A DNA stretch of 64,000 bases from NCBI GenBank assembly GCA_965213925.1, contig OZ243927.1:1920001-1984000 (forward strand), written 5' to 3'. Of the stretch, positions 36,500 through 46,502 are shown piece after piece. This DNA comes from Trueperaceae bacterium. GTDB taxonomy: Bacteria; Deinococcota; Deinococci; Deinococcales; Trueperaceae. Made by a program: the position numbers and the translations under genes. The notes beneath the pieces were generated by a model. That model was not told where the DNA came from and made no database searches. It saw only the letters and a program-made list of their open reading frames with translations. Position 1 is the first letter of the stretch. The number at the start of each line of letters is the position of its first letter.

Positions 36500-37805
36500 G
36501 TCTTGTATCCATATTCAAAGAAGAGGTGTAGCGCATTAAATACGTCGCTAGAGCGAGCACCGGAAAGAGCCAAAACTGGTAGAAAAGCACGTTGTTGAAC
36601 TGGCTCGTGAAGACGACAATCACCAAGAGGTAGAGTAGAAAGTAACGGAGGCAGCGGAAAGCGAAAGCGTGTTCGGGAGAAAGCCGCCGCCACAAGGTCA
36701 CGCCCCACGCCAAAACGAGCGCGGCGATAAAGAGCGTCCCCACTGCGCCAAAATTGACCAGAATCACCTGCAAAGACGAATCCAACGAGGTGAGCCCTCT
36801 CGCCCTTTGCGCGTAAATCAAGAGGTAATTGTAGCCTACACCGAAAAAGGGCTGCTCAGCGAAGAGCGAAAAGCCTAGCTCGAAAGAACTGAAGCGAGCT
36901 TGCGCCGAAGCGTCCGTGCTCACCGCCGCGATGCGCGACCAGGTGCGCGTGAGGGCGCTTAGATAAACCGGGCTGGCAAGCGCAAAGAGAAACAGCGCTG
37001 CAGGAATAACGGCGAGCAGTGAGCGCTTAACGCGCCGCTTCGTCACGAGGTGCAGCGCGCCCGACAGAGCGAACACGCCGACCACGGCAGCGAGGGTGGC
37101 GATACCGCTCCTCGAGCCCGTCAAGACCACCGACACCGCGAAGAGCCCCGCGAGCAGGAGATAGCGCGTTTTCCAAGCATGCTGATAGGCTAAAACGCTC
37201 AAAGTAAAAGGAAACACCGCGATCGCCCCGTAGTAGTTCGGGTCGAAGTAGGGCGAGACGAGTCGCCTTTGGTGCGGGTCGCCGAAAAACTCGACGCCGA
37301 AACCTCGCAAGAACGCCCAGAGGTCGCGAGAGTCTGGAAACATCACGTAGATGACGAAGGCAAGTAGCGCGGTGCAGAGGTACGTGACGAGAAAATACTC
37401 GAGTACTTTTAAGAGGTCGCGCCGAAAGAGGCTAAAGAGATAGTAGCCAGCCGTGAGCCCCGCCGCGACGAGAAGAACCAAGCGCACGCTGTAAAAGAGC
37501 GCCGACATGCTAAACCCATTGAGCATCGCTCCATAGACTGACGACAGAGCGAGAAAGAGCGTGAAGGGCAACAAGCTCCTCAGCAAGAAGAGGAGCAGCT
37601 TGCGGTGAAACATAAGACAGCCTACGGTAAGCGCGTAGAGCCCGAACTCGCTCAGGGGTAAGTTGTCCGTGCCCGGCGACGTCGGCACAAGCCGCGTGCT
37701 GTTGCCCAAGACAAGATAGAGAAACGAAAACGCCAAAAAAGCGTGCGGCAAGCGTAGCGCGTAGCCCGCCTCCGACTTGCGTAGCCCACGCACGTAAAGC
37801 GTCAC
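36483..37805 (-). CDS. Wzy/O-antigen ligase-family polymerase
   Basis: Many TM helices, DPNYYG, LTGSRSG, PFFGVG. Confidence 0.8.
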   Translation of the reverse strand: MTLYVRGLRKSEAGYALRLPHAFLAFSFLYLVLGNSTRLVPTSPGTDNLPLSEFGLYALTVGCLMFHRKLLLFLLRSLLPFTLFLALSSVYGAMLNGFSMSALFYSVRLVLLVAAGLTAGYYLFSLFRRDLLKVLEYFLVTYLCTALLAFVIYVMFPDSRDLWAFLRGFGVEFFGDPHQRRLVSPYFDPNYYGAIAVFPFTLSVLAYQHAWKTRYLLLAGLFAVSVVLTGSRSGIATLAAVVGVFALSGALHLVTKRRVKRSLLAVIPAALFLFALASPVYLSALTRTWSRIAAVSTDASAQARFSSFELGFSLFAEQPFFGVGYNYLLIYAQRARGLTSLDSSLQVILVNFGAVGTLFIAALVLAWGVTLWRRLSPEHAFAFRCLRYFLLYLLVIVVFTSQFNNVLFYQFWLFPVLALATYLMRYTSSLNMDTRLDTHP

Positions 37806-38722
37806 GTTCTCGCCTGCTTAGGTCTAAAGGATTCAAACACAAGCCCCAGAATCATCGGAATGCGTTCCCACTGCCTGCGCTGGACACGTTTAGCAAGCGT
37901 GACGAGCAGCCCGAGGTAGACGCTCGGCAGGGCTTCGGGCGCGTGTTTGCGCGTGTAGAGGAGGCGGTTGCGGACGCCGTAGTAGTCGGCTAAGCGGCTC
38001 TTCTTCGCGCCGTCGCTGGACGAACCTATAGACCCACCCTCTTTATGATAGACGACGCTCTTAGGCGCAAATGCGAGCGTGTAACGTCCCCTCGCCCGCG
38101 CTGCCCAGTCCACCTCTTCGTAGTAGAGAAAGTAGTCCTCCGACATGAGCCCGACCTCTTCTAAGAAGGGTCTCGAGACCAAACACGACGCGCCCACAAG
38201 GTAATCCAGTTGCGACTCGACCTCTTCGGTGTTGACCTCTTGACCTTTTGGCGCGTCCTGCCCGATGTGGCGCGAGGTGGAGAGCCACTTGTTATAGGTC
38301 GCGCCACCGTACGCCTGAACCCTGCTCCTGTCGTGATGATAGACGAGCGTGGAGCCGCAGAGCCCCGCATCCGATTTTTCTTGCATCCTCTTCACAAGCT
38401 CTGTAAGCGCGTCCGGCTCGACGAGCGTGTCGTTATTCAAAAGCCAAGCGTAGTCCGCGCCATGCTCAAGCGCATACCGCAAACCGACGTTCGTCCCTCC
38501 GGCGAAGCCCAAATTTGCTCCGCTCTGAATAATGATGTGCTGCGGATAGCGCCCTTTCAAGACCTCTTCTGAGTCGTCCGAGGAGTCGTTATCCACCACG
38601 ATAACTTCGAAGTTGGGATACTCGAGCCCCGCTAGCGACTCGAGGCAGTCCAACGTGTCCGCCAGCCCATTCCAGTTGAGGATGACGATAAAGACTTTGG
38701 GCGCAGCTTGAGATTCAGCCAC
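37802..38722 (-). CDS. GT2 glycosyltransferase
   Basis: ILNWN, VVDNDS, NLGFAGG.N, LLNND, YFLYYEEVDW. Confidence 0.92.
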   Translation of the reverse strand: MAESQAAPKVFIVILNWNGLADTLDCLESLAGLEYPNFEVIVVDNDSSDDSEEVLKGRYPQHIIIQSGANLGFAGGTNVGLRYALEHGADYAWLLNNDTLVEPDALTELVKRMQEKSDAGLCGSTLVYHHDRSRVQAYGGATYNKWLSTSRHIGQDAPKGQEVNTEEVESQLDYLVGASCLVSRPFLEEVGLMSEDYFLYYEEVDWAARARGRYTLAFAPKSVVYHKEGGSIGSSSDGAKKSRLADYYGVRNRLLYTRKHAPEALPSVYLGLLVTLAKRVQRRQWERIPMILGLVFESFRPKQART

Positions 38723-39599
38723 GTTTGCCCATCTTTCCCGTTAGAGCGTGCCAAAGTCCTTCACCTACTGCGGAGAGCTTCTCCCTTTTGCTCTCTTCGA
38801 TCAAAATAATCTTGCTGACCTCTTTGAAAAATCCGAGCATGTCCCGCAGCACCCAGCGCGTTTCTGATAGAAGATAACGGCGGTAAACCACAAGACGGTT
38901 GCGTGCGTTGTAGTAGCGGCGCAGCGGACTATGGTTTGTGGCGTGGAAGGTCAAGCCAAACCGCTCGTACTTCTCCGTCTCGCCTAAGTTGTGGTTCAGG
39001 ATAGCGGTGCGGGACTCGAGCACCCTAAACCCCTCACGTCGAGCACGTAAGCAGAACTCGTGGTCTACGTAGTCGATAAAGAGGTCTTCCTCGAAAAGTC
39101 CTATTTTAGCGAGTGCGTCCACTTTAACCAGATTTCCCGAAGTCATCGTTGAGATAATCTCTTGAAACGGTTCACCATCTTGTTCACCGTGTTGAAAGAC
39201 TGTCCCTGTCGCCTCGTCGCGGTAGACGGGGGAGAGAATAGCGATGTGCTCTCTATCGGGATAGAGATTGTACGTCTCCAACAACCTCTTCACAAATTCA
39301 GGCGGCGGCTTGCTGTCTTGGTCAAACGTAGCAATCCAGGTGTAGCCCCGTTCTAAAGCGTAGTTCGTGCCGATATTCAAGGCAGCGGCGACGCCTAAGT
39401 TCTCTTGGTTATAGAAAACTTTGACGCCACATTGTTCTATCTGTTGGATGGGTCCCAGGTCCGTAGAGGCATTATCCACCACCACGACCTCTTGCACTTG
39501 AGGGCGTAGGGCGGTGATGTTCTCGAGTAACCTCTCACCCGGATTGAAGGTCACGACAACAGCGCAGATACTACGGTTAGAATTCGTAGAGGAAGTCAC
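38715..39599 (-). CDS. GT2 rhamnosyltransferase-like
   Basis: VVTFNP, NLGVAAALN.G, FDQDS, MTSG, LFIDYVDHEFCLR, RYYNARN. Confidence 0.88.
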   Translation of the reverse strand: MTSSTNSNRSICAVVVTFNPGERLLENITALRPQVQEVVVVDNASTDLGPIQQIEQCGVKVFYNQENLGVAAALNIGTNYALERGYTWIATFDQDSKPPPEFVKRLLETYNLYPDREHIAILSPVYRDEATGTVFQHGEQDGEPFQEIISTMTSGNLVKVDALAKIGLFEEDLFIDYVDHEFCLRARREGFRVLESRTAILNHNLGETEKYERFGLTFHATNHSPLRRYYNARNRLVVYRRYLLSETRWVLRDMLGFFKEVSKIILIEESKREKLSAVGEGLWHALTGKMGKRG

Positions 39600-39622
39600 G
39601 TTTACTTAGGTATAACGAGAAG

Positions 39623-40537
39623 TCAGGGCGTAACTCTGCGCCCACTTCTCCCTAGCAGTGCGTCTATACCCGCTTTAGAAATCATCGCCGCCTTCTCCTG
39701 ATGCTTTTCCTTGCCGAATATCTTCAAGAGTGCGCCCAAAACGATGACCTTCACCGCCTTGAACTTCGCGCCTATATACCCTTCGTGTTCGGCGCGTCGG
39801 AAGACGAGGTTGCGGTAGTCGTAGTAGAGCTTCCAACTCGGCTGCTCGGGCACGCTGACCTTGCGCCCTAAGATGTTCACGTCTTCGCGGGGGACTTTTT
39901 TCATGTCGGCGTGATAGATAGGTCCGTACGGAAGGCGCAGGATTTTCGCGCCCGCTTTGTGGATGCGGAAGGAATACTCCAAGTCGTCGTGGTAGATGAA
40001 GTAGTGCGCGTGCGGGTAGCCGATTTTTTCCACCAGCGTACGCGGCAGCGCCATGCCGACGAAGATGCCGAACTCTTCCTCGACGGGTTCAGTCGCCGCA
40101 AGTTCGCCTTTTTTCTCGTAAGGAAGCGACGGGTTGACAAGCGCATTTTTGCCGTCGTAAAAGTCGGCGAGCGCCTTGCACGCGCCCTCGGAGGGCAGCG
40201 CGTCGTCGTCCATCACCCAAATGAGGTCGCAGTCGATTTCGGCGGCACGTTTGAAGCCCGCGTGAAAGCCGCCCGCGCCGCCGGTGTTTTCAGACAGGAC
40301 GAGAAGCTCGAGCCCTGAATACTCCTGCGCCAACATCTCCGGTGTCCCGTCCGTACTCGCATTGTCCACAATCAGAATGTGACTCACCGGATAGGACTGA
40401 TTTAGAATGCCGTCCAAGCAGCGTTTTAAGAGTTCTTTGCGGTTATAGGTCACGACGACAGCGCAGATTTTCACCGTTTTCTTCGGCGCTTCCCTTTCGG
40501 GCACAACGCCCGTATCTCTCAGAGTAGAAGAGGTCAT
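39623..40537 (-). CDS. GT2 galactofuranosyltransferase-like
   Basis: AVVVTYNR, NTGGAGGF, WVMDDD, YFIYHDDLEY; adjacent to glf. Confidence 0.82.
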   Translation of the reverse strand: MTSSTLRDTGVVPEREAPKKTVKICAVVVTYNRKELLKRCLDGILNQSYPVSHILIVDNASTDGTPEMLAQEYSGLELLVLSENTGGAGGFHAGFKRAAEIDCDLIWVMDDDALPSEGACKALADFYDGKNALVNPSLPYEKKGELAATEPVEEEFGIFVGMALPRTLVEKIGYPHAHYFIYHDDLEYSFRIHKAGAKILRLPYGPIYHADMKKVPREDVNILGRKVSVPEQPSWKLYYDYRNLVFRRAEHEGYIGAKFKAVKVIVLGALLKIFGKEKHQEKAAMISKAGIDALLGRSGRRVTP

Positions 40538-41649
40538 TTCACCATCCTTTCAAAGAGGCTCAGCGCCCGCCCCGTCGCTTGGTCCATGTTGTAGTATTTG
40601 TAGTCGCCTAAGCGGCCCGCGAAGATGACGTTGTCCTGCTCCTTCGCCTCTTCCAAATACTTCTCGTACACCTCGCGGTTTTCGTCGCGTGGAATCGGAT
40701 AGTACGGCTCGTTTTCGCCCAACACGTAGCGCTGTGGATACTCCGTGACGAGCGTGGTTTTGGGCAACTTCTGCCCCGTCAGATGCTTTTGCTCCGTCGT
40801 GCGGGTGAACTCGTACTCGTTCGGGTAGTTGACCGTGCCGACCTCTTGATGTTGCGCTTCGTCGAGCGTCGTCAATCCGAAGCGCACGCTCCGGTACGGC
40901 AGTGCGCCATGTTTATAACCAAAGTAGGCGTCGATCTGTCCGGTGTAGACCATCTGCTTGTACGTAACCTCTTCGGCAATATCCTGATAAGGCGTGTTGA
41001 GCAGCACACGGATGTTCGGATGCTTGAGCATCCGCTTGAAGAGCTGCGTGTAGCCGTATTTCGGAATCGCCTGGTAGGTGTCCTGAAAGTAGCGGTCATC
41101 GCGGCTGATGTGAACGGGCACGCGCCCCGTCACGGACGGGCTAAGCTCCTCGGGCGTCAGCTCCCACTGCTTGGTGGTGTAGCCGTAGAAGACCTTTTGA
41201 TAGATGTAGTCGGCGAGTTCTTGCAGCGGCTTGCTGTCACTCTCCCTCATCTTGAGAATCGGCACCTTGACGCCGAAGCCGTAGTGCTCTAGGAGGAGGC
41301 ACTCGAGCCGCTTCGCATAGTCCGGCGGAAAGAGCATATAGAGCGCGTTGAGGTTGAAAGGCAACGGCACTTTTCGCCCGTCCACCACGCCCAATACGTG
41401 GTGATAGTAAGGTCGCCACTCGGTGAAGTTGGATAGGTAGTCCCAGACCTTCTGCGAGTTCGTGTGGAAGATGTGCGGTCCGTACTTGTGGACGAGCACG
41501 CCGTATTCGTCGTGCTCGTCGTAGGCGTTGCCGCCGATGTGGTCGCGGCGGTCCACGAGGAGCACCTTTTGATCCAGTTGCGTGGCGATGCGCTCCGCCA
41601 ACGTCGCGCCTGTAAAGCCCGCGCCGACGATTATCCAATCTACATTCAT
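40534..41649 (-). CDS. glf: UDP-galactopyranose mutase
   Basis: GAGFTG, HIGGNAYD, HKYGPHIFHTN, YF.D.YQ, LPYRS, PYYP, GRLGDYKYYNMD. Confidence 0.97.
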   Translation of the reverse strand: MNVDWIIVGAGFTGATLAERIATQLDQKVLLVDRRDHIGGNAYDEHDEYGVLVHKYGPHIFHTNSQKVWDYLSNFTEWRPYYHHVLGVVDGRKVPLPFNLNALYMLFPPDYAKRLECLLLEHYGFGVKVPILKMRESDSKPLQELADYIYQKVFYGYTTKQWELTPEELSPSVTGRVPVHISRDDRYFQDTYQAIPKYGYTQLFKRMLKHPNIRVLLNTPYQDIAEEVTYKQMVYTGQIDAYFGYKHGALPYRSVRFGLTTLDEAQHQEVGTVNYPNEYEFTRTTEQKHLTGQKLPKTTLVTEYPQRYVLGENEPYYPIPRDENREVYEKYLEEAKEQDNVIFAGRLGDYKYYNMDQATGRALSLFERMVK

Positions 41650-41700
41650 AGAGGTCTACTTTCTTTTGAAGTCGTTGTGAAATAGTTCATAGTCGCTCTA

Positions 41701-42672
41701 TCAGTCTACGTTCTGTGGCGTCTTCAGCCACGCTGATAGGTCACGGTCAATCAAGGTTTGCAGCTCGAGGATGTCCTCGCGGTAAAGCTCGGTGAGTTCC
41801 GCCTTGACCTTCGGGTCCAAGGGCGGCTTGGCGAGGTTGTTCTGCCGCACGTTGGTGATGAGCTTGTGGCGCATGGCGTCAGGGATGAGGTGCTTAAACG
41901 TGGACTTGAACCAGTTGGGTTTCGCTAAGAAGCTGTGAAGCGCCTGATTTTTGGGCACACCCGAGACGTTGAGCTTCAAAGAGGTGTCGGGCTTGAAGTT
42001 GGGGTCTACGCCCAAGAATTCGAAGAGGTCGCGGAAGAGGGCGTCGGAATCACTCTTGAGGTCTTCTTGCAGATAGACCTTGATGTTCTCAGCCGGGAAG
42101 TGCGCGTAGTAGCGGCTCAGTTGCTCGTAGTAAAACCCCAAGCGGCGGTAGTGCCAAATGTGCTCATAGCCTGCGGCGACGCGGGCGTCCTCTTCGCGCA
42201 AGGCTTGTTCGAAGTCGCGGAGCGGCTCGCGGTCGTCGCGGATGAGGTGGAGAAAGCTTGCGTAAGCGCGCTCGGCAGGGTTGCGCAGCATCACGATGAT
42301 TTTGGTGTCAGGGACGTAGTGAGCGATGCGCTTTACAGCGCGTTCGCTGTAGAGGTAGAGAGGTGAGGCTTCGCCTAGCGCGATTTCATCCGTGACGCCG
42401 TCATACTGCGCGTGATACGCCTCTAAAGAGGTCACGGAAAAGTCGTTGACGGCTTCGTCATCGCCGGGTCCGGTGAAGTTTAAGGGTTGGTCCTCTAAGG
42501 CAAAAAAGTTCGTCTCTTTGGTGTGCGAGACGTACACCCGCGGATGCTGCTTGAGGTAGGCGTGCAGCGCCGTCGTGCCTGCTTTCGCCGCGCCGATGAT
42601 CAGAAAGTTGGGCATCTGGCGGGAAACGAGTTTACTTGCTGCCTTCGTAGGTGAGGTGGTTGATTCCGTCAT
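41701..42672 (-). CDS. PAPS-dependent sulfotransferase
   Basis: PNFLIIGAAKAGTTAL (5'-PSB loop), GEASPLY, LRNPAERAYAS (3'-PB motif). Confidence 0.9.
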   Translation of the reverse strand: MTESTTSPTKAASKLVSRQMPNFLIIGAAKAGTTALHAYLKQHPRVYVSHTKETNFFALEDQPLNFTGPGDDEAVNDFSVTSLEAYHAQYDGVTDEIALGEASPLYLYSERAVKRIAHYVPDTKIIVMLRNPAERAYASFLHLIRDDREPLRDFEQALREEDARVAAGYEHIWHYRRLGFYYEQLSRYYAHFPAENIKVYLQEDLKSDSDALFRDLFEFLGVDPNFKPDTSLKLNVSGVPKNQALHSFLAKPNWFKSTFKHLIPDAMRHKLITNVRQNNLAKPPLDPKVKAELTELYREDILELQTLIDRDLSAWLKTPQNVD

Positions 42673-44081
42673 AAACTTTCCTTCTCATTTTTACGCACGT
42701 CGATGAGCCCCAGAATAGAGTAGAAGCCGAAGCGTTTATAAACGAACGCGGCTAAGAGCGTGTTGTAGACCGCCATGCTGGTCGCGGTGGCGGTGGCTGC
42801 GCCGACCATCCCCAAGCGCGGAATGAGCAAGAGGTTCAAAGCGACGTTTAGGACGGCGCTCGCGCCGATTGCTTTGGCGGAGTCGCGCTCGTGCCCGGTC
42901 ATGTTGAGCATCTGCCCGACTGAGCCAGCGGCGGCGTCTATGAGAAAGCCGACGCTCAGCACAGTTAAAGCGGCGTGACCAGCGGGGAACTCGGGTCCGA
43001 AGATGCGCAAGAAGGGTCCTCCGAAAACGATAAGCCCCAAAGCAAGCGGGAGCGAGCAGAGAAAGATGATGCGGGTGGTGCGGCGGATGGTCGCCTCGAG
43101 CCTCTCCCGCTCTCCCTGCGCGTAGAGCTTCGCGATTACGGGTGAGAGCGCCGCGTTCACTGCTGCTAACACGAACGCGATGAGCGCCGCGCCTTGCGCC
43201 ACGATTCTATAGATACCCACCTCGGTCTGCGTGCCCAAAAAGCCCAACATGATGATGTCGGTGCGGGCGTTAATGATCAGCACGCCGCCGATGAGCAGAA
43301 AGGGCAGGGCGCTGCGAAGCCAGGTTCCCATCTGATATTGAGGAATAGCTTGGACGACCTCTCGAGCCAACGCCCGCCGCAAGAGCCACGCGCCGACTAG
43401 AAACGATACGCCCGTCGCTGCAACGGACATGCCAACCGCCCACGCCGCGTTGAACTCCGCGTTGAACTCCGAGCCGGAGAGGTAAGCCCCAACCACGAAC
43501 ACGATGAGCAAAACCGGGCGCACCAGCATCTCGGGAACTTGCCCCGCAACCACGCGGTTGAGACCTCTTAGTGCCGCTTGCCTCACAAGTGTTAGCGCAG
43601 CTAAGGGCAATGAACTGAACGCGATGATGAGCGCTAAAGAAGAGGTCGAGAGTCCTCGAGCGTTCCAGACGACGAGCGTTGCGGTGAGCGCAATCAGGAG
43701 CGAGGCGAGGAGTGCCGCGCCGTTCGCCCACCTCAAGATACCTTTGAGGTGTCCCCAAGCGTTTTTGGTTTTATAAACGGACACCTCTCGCACCAAAAGT
43801 TCACCCAAGCCGAGTACCGCCGGAATGGTGAGCAAATTAACCCAAGCAAAAGCGAGCGCGTACGCGCCAAACGAGGTCGCGCCTAAGAGGTTGGTCAGTA
43901 GGATGCTCGAGGCGAACCCCAGCCCCGTCCCGCCTACCTTGAGCGCAAACGTGCCGAGTGCGCCTCTAGCGGTTTTCCCTTTGACAGCGTCGTAAAGTCT
44001 GGATGGTAGCGTAGCCGTTCCTATATTTTTCAGCGTATTCAAGTCGCGTGTCCCTGCGAGGTCGAGAGGTTGATGGTGCAT
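42669..44081 (-). CDS. Wzx flippase (start uncertain)
   Basis: Many TM helices, LG...FG.Y, TDIIMLG..VGIY, LNLLLIP.LG.VGAA. Confidence 0.88.
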   Translation of the reverse strand: MHHQPLDLAGTRDLNTLKNIGTATLPSRLYDAVKGKTARGALGTFALKVGGTGLGFASSILLTNLLGATSFGAYALAFAWVNLLTIPAVLGLGELLVREVSVYKTKNAWGHLKGILRWANGAALLASLLIALTATLVVWNARGLSTSSLALIIAFSSLPLAALTLVRQAALRGLNRVVAGQVPEMLVRPVLLIVFVVGAYLSGSEFNAEFNAAWAVGMSVAATGVSFLVGAWLLRRALAREVVQAIPQYQMGTWLRSALPFLLIGGVLIINARTDIIMLGFLGTQTEVGIYRIVAQGAALIAFVLAAVNAALSPVIAKLYAQGERERLEATIRRTTRIIFLCSLPLALGLIVFGGPFLRIFGPEFPAGHAALTVLSVGFLIDAAAGSVGQMLNMTGHERDSAKAIGASAVLNVALNLLLIPRLGMVGAATATATSMAVYNTLLAAFVYKRFGFYSILGLIDVRKNEKESL

Positions 44082-44313
44082 GAGAGTGCGCCGAAGCAGG
44101 GCTCCTCGTTCTAGGATACCAGGATGACAAGCGTTGGTGAGGATTGATGAAGGTGCGGCGTGGCGAGCGTTCCTCATCCACCACGAGCGCTGCCAAATCA
44201 TGAACGCCTTGAAGTTATGCGTTCAGGCTCGTGTCGCCTATTTGACGGGGTCAAGCACTTGACGGCAAACTCGAGCGCAAAGGTGCTCCAATAGGGTCCG
44301 AAAGGGGTTCAAA

Positions 44314-44820
44314 ATGAATAGAGTCACCGTTATACTTATCATGGTCACGCTGAGTTTAGGTTTCGCTCAGGACACGGGAGGGACGAGCGACATGGCGGCG
44401 TCTGCCGAACTGTCCGCGACGACGGACAGTGGGACGCCCGAAGCCTACACCGAGGAACGCTGGCAAGAGGCGAGCGGAACGGCCTCTGTTGCGTCGCAGT
44501 CCGAGGGTGAATATACAGTGCGCCTCGAGGCGAGCGGCTTGGTCCCGGACGGGCTCTACACCACCTGGTACGTCATCCCTGGCATCGCAGGTACCTCCGC
44601 TGGACAAGAGGTCGGACCTGCAGGAGGCGTGCCCAACGAATTCCGCGCGGACGCCCAAGGAAACGCCACCTTTGAGTTCGCGGTGCCCGCCGAGAACGAC
44701 TACCGAGACCTCGTCGTCGCCTACCACGCGGACGATATGACGCACGGCGAGATGCCGGGCGCGATGGGCGAGGTGACCTTCGCGCACCTGATGACGGCTT
44801 TCCCTACGCCGAGCAACTAG
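44314..44820 (+). CDS. Secreted hypothetical protein with His/Met-rich C-terminus
   Basis: Signal peptide (AQ), GLVPDGLYT.W, YHADDMTHGEMPG...AHL. Confidence 0.75.
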   Translation: MNRVTVILIMVTLSLGFAQDTGGTSDMAASAELSATTDSGTPEAYTEERWQEASGTASVASQSEGEYTVRLEASGLVPDGLYTTWYVIPGIAGTSAGQEVGPAGGVPNEFRADAQGNATFEFAVPAENDYRDLVVAYHADDMTHGEMPGAMGEVTFAHLMTAFPTPSN

Positions 44821-44831
44821 ATTTCAGTATG

Positions 44832-44872
44832 GCGAGATCTGAGCGAGGTACACCACCTCGCTCAGGTCTCGC
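44832..44872. terminator. Long hairpin between convergent genes
   Basis: GCGAGATCTGAGCGAGGT-ACACC-ACCTCGCTCAGGTCTCGC. Confidence 0.6.
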
Positions 44873-45013
44873 GTCAAGCTTACCTTCGACCTCAACCAAA
44901 GACGAAGTCGAGGAGGATTTCGAGGCGGCGTCAGCGCGGGTTTAGGCTAGTAAAATGATACCGACTTGGCTTCATGCGAGACAGAGGCGTAGCCGAACGC
45001 GCGCTCAAACGCG

Positions 45014-45799
45014 CTAAGCTGTTCGTCTCACTCGGTTGCGCCCCGCTGTTTTGGCTGCGTAGAGGGCGTCGTCTGCCTCCTTAATGAGATTCTCGAGGCT
45101 CACCGTCGCCGCGTGGTCGTGATGCGAGGCGATACCTAGGCTAACGGTAACCTTGAGCTGGCGATCTTCAACTTTTATAGCCGTAGCTGCTAAAGTCGAG
45201 CGCAAGTGTTCTCCAGCGCGGACAGCCGCACATTCATCGGTGTTGGGAAGCACGATGAGAAACTCTTCACCGCCTAAGCGTCCAACTATGTCCGTGTGGC
45301 GCATCTGCGTACGACACACGCTTGCAAGCGTCTGCAAGACCTTGTCGCCCGCGGCATGACCGTGGGTATCGTTGACTCGCTTGAAATGATCCACATCCAG
45401 CACAATGAGCGAAAACGAGCCGCCGTAGCGCTCTACACGCGCCCACTCATGTTCGGCGAGCGTGAGAATATGCCGCCGGTTATAAACACCTGTTAAGTCA
45501 TCCTCGCTTGCCAAGCGGCGGAGGTGCGTTTCAGCTCGGTCGAGCCGGTGGACGAGGGCGACGAAGCTGTAGAGCGCGAGCGGTGAGACGATGAGCGGAA
45601 CTGTTCCGCCAATAACCAGGCTAGTAGGCGGAACATGTCCTCTGAAATATACGCTGAAGAGTACGGTAAATAGGAGCGAAAAACCGACTGAGAACGTGGT
45701 CGCAACCCCTACGATGCTGAAAGTTCCATGATGGCGTGTGAGCCTCTGTAAAAGCTTTAAGATATAGTTCTGCGCGGTGGCATTGTGCTCATCTAACAT
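45014..45799 (-). CDS. Membrane-anchored diguanylate cyclase
   Basis: Two TM helices, DDLTG..NRR, DVDHFK.VND, RHTD I-site, GGEEF. Confidence 0.93.
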   Translation of the reverse strand: MLDEHNATAQNYILKLLQRLTRHHGTFSIVGVATTFSVGFSLLFTVLFSVYFRGHVPPTSLVIGGTVPLIVSPLALYSFVALVHRLDRAETHLRRLASEDDLTGVYNRRHILTLAEHEWARVERYGGSFSLIVLDVDHFKRVNDTHGHAAGDKVLQTLASVCRTQMRHTDIVGRLGGEEFLIVLPNTDECAAVRAGEHLRSTLAATAIKVEDRQLKVTVSLGIASHHDHAATVSLENLIKEADDALYAAKTAGRNRVRRTA

Positions 45800-45878
45800 G
45801 CTCGTCTCTCCTTGAAAGAATAATAAGGCGAGCGTTCTGACAAAATTCTGAAGCGCAGTCTATAGGAAGTCTACCTTC

Positions 45879-46337
45879 TCAAGCTAGACGCAACCACTCC
45901 AACGACACCCTAGCCTCCCCGCCGCTTACATCCGGCGTGATGATCAGCTCGAGCGCCGCCACATCCTCAAGCTCAACCTTATAATCCTCGTCCTCTCGCG
46001 TCGCCCCGCCCGCGCTGAAGTTGTACTGCTGCCGCACGACGTCGCGGGTGTCGCCCGACGCCGACGTCGTGCGCAGCACGAACTCCTGTGTGCGCGTCTC
46101 TTGAACGTGGAACGCGAGGGCGATTCGCCTTAAGCGTTGGGGCTCGTCAAAGAGGAGGCGAAGGCGCTGCTCGCCCGGCTCCGACGCCCGCCAGCCCGAA
46201 CCGTGACCGGGCAATAACGCCGCTTCAATAGGGTTCGCCGTCTCCTCGGAGGTCACTTCGACCTGGGCTAAACGTTCTAAATCCAGCCAGTCGCCATCCG
46301 GCGCGTCGGCGGACCTCTTGATCACTCTTTTACGCAT
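45879..46337 (-). CDS. Small galactose-binding-domain-like (carbohydrate-binding) protein
   Basis: RBS AGGAGG before ATG 46337; WLDL..LA.VEVTSE..PIE.AL...GWRA..PG.Q..RL.FD, RTQEFVLR, RQQYNFS. Confidence 0.65.
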   Translation of the reverse strand: MRKRVIKRSADAPDGDWLDLERLAQVEVTSEETANPIEAALLPGHGSGWRASEPGEQRLRLLFDEPQRLRRIALAFHVQETRTQEFVLRTTSASGDTRDVVRQQYNFSAGGATREDEDYKVELEDVAALELIITPDVSGGEARVSLEWLRLA

Positions 46338-46502
46338 CTTGACGCCTCCTTGTTCAGGTGCTAGCGGTATGCCGGCTACAGAGCCGCATATCACGCATCG
46401 TGAAACCACGTCGCGAGTTTAACGCATAGGGTCGCTCTACTGCTCCTATATCGCCCGGTACACGGTCCGCCTTTTGCGCAGAGTGACGCGGTATGATGAG
46501 GT

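Noticed and set aside
43447..43470. 12-bp tandem duplication (EFNA-EFNA) in the flippase
   Set aside because: Only two copies, in frame, in a loop; not evidence of a phase-variable repeat
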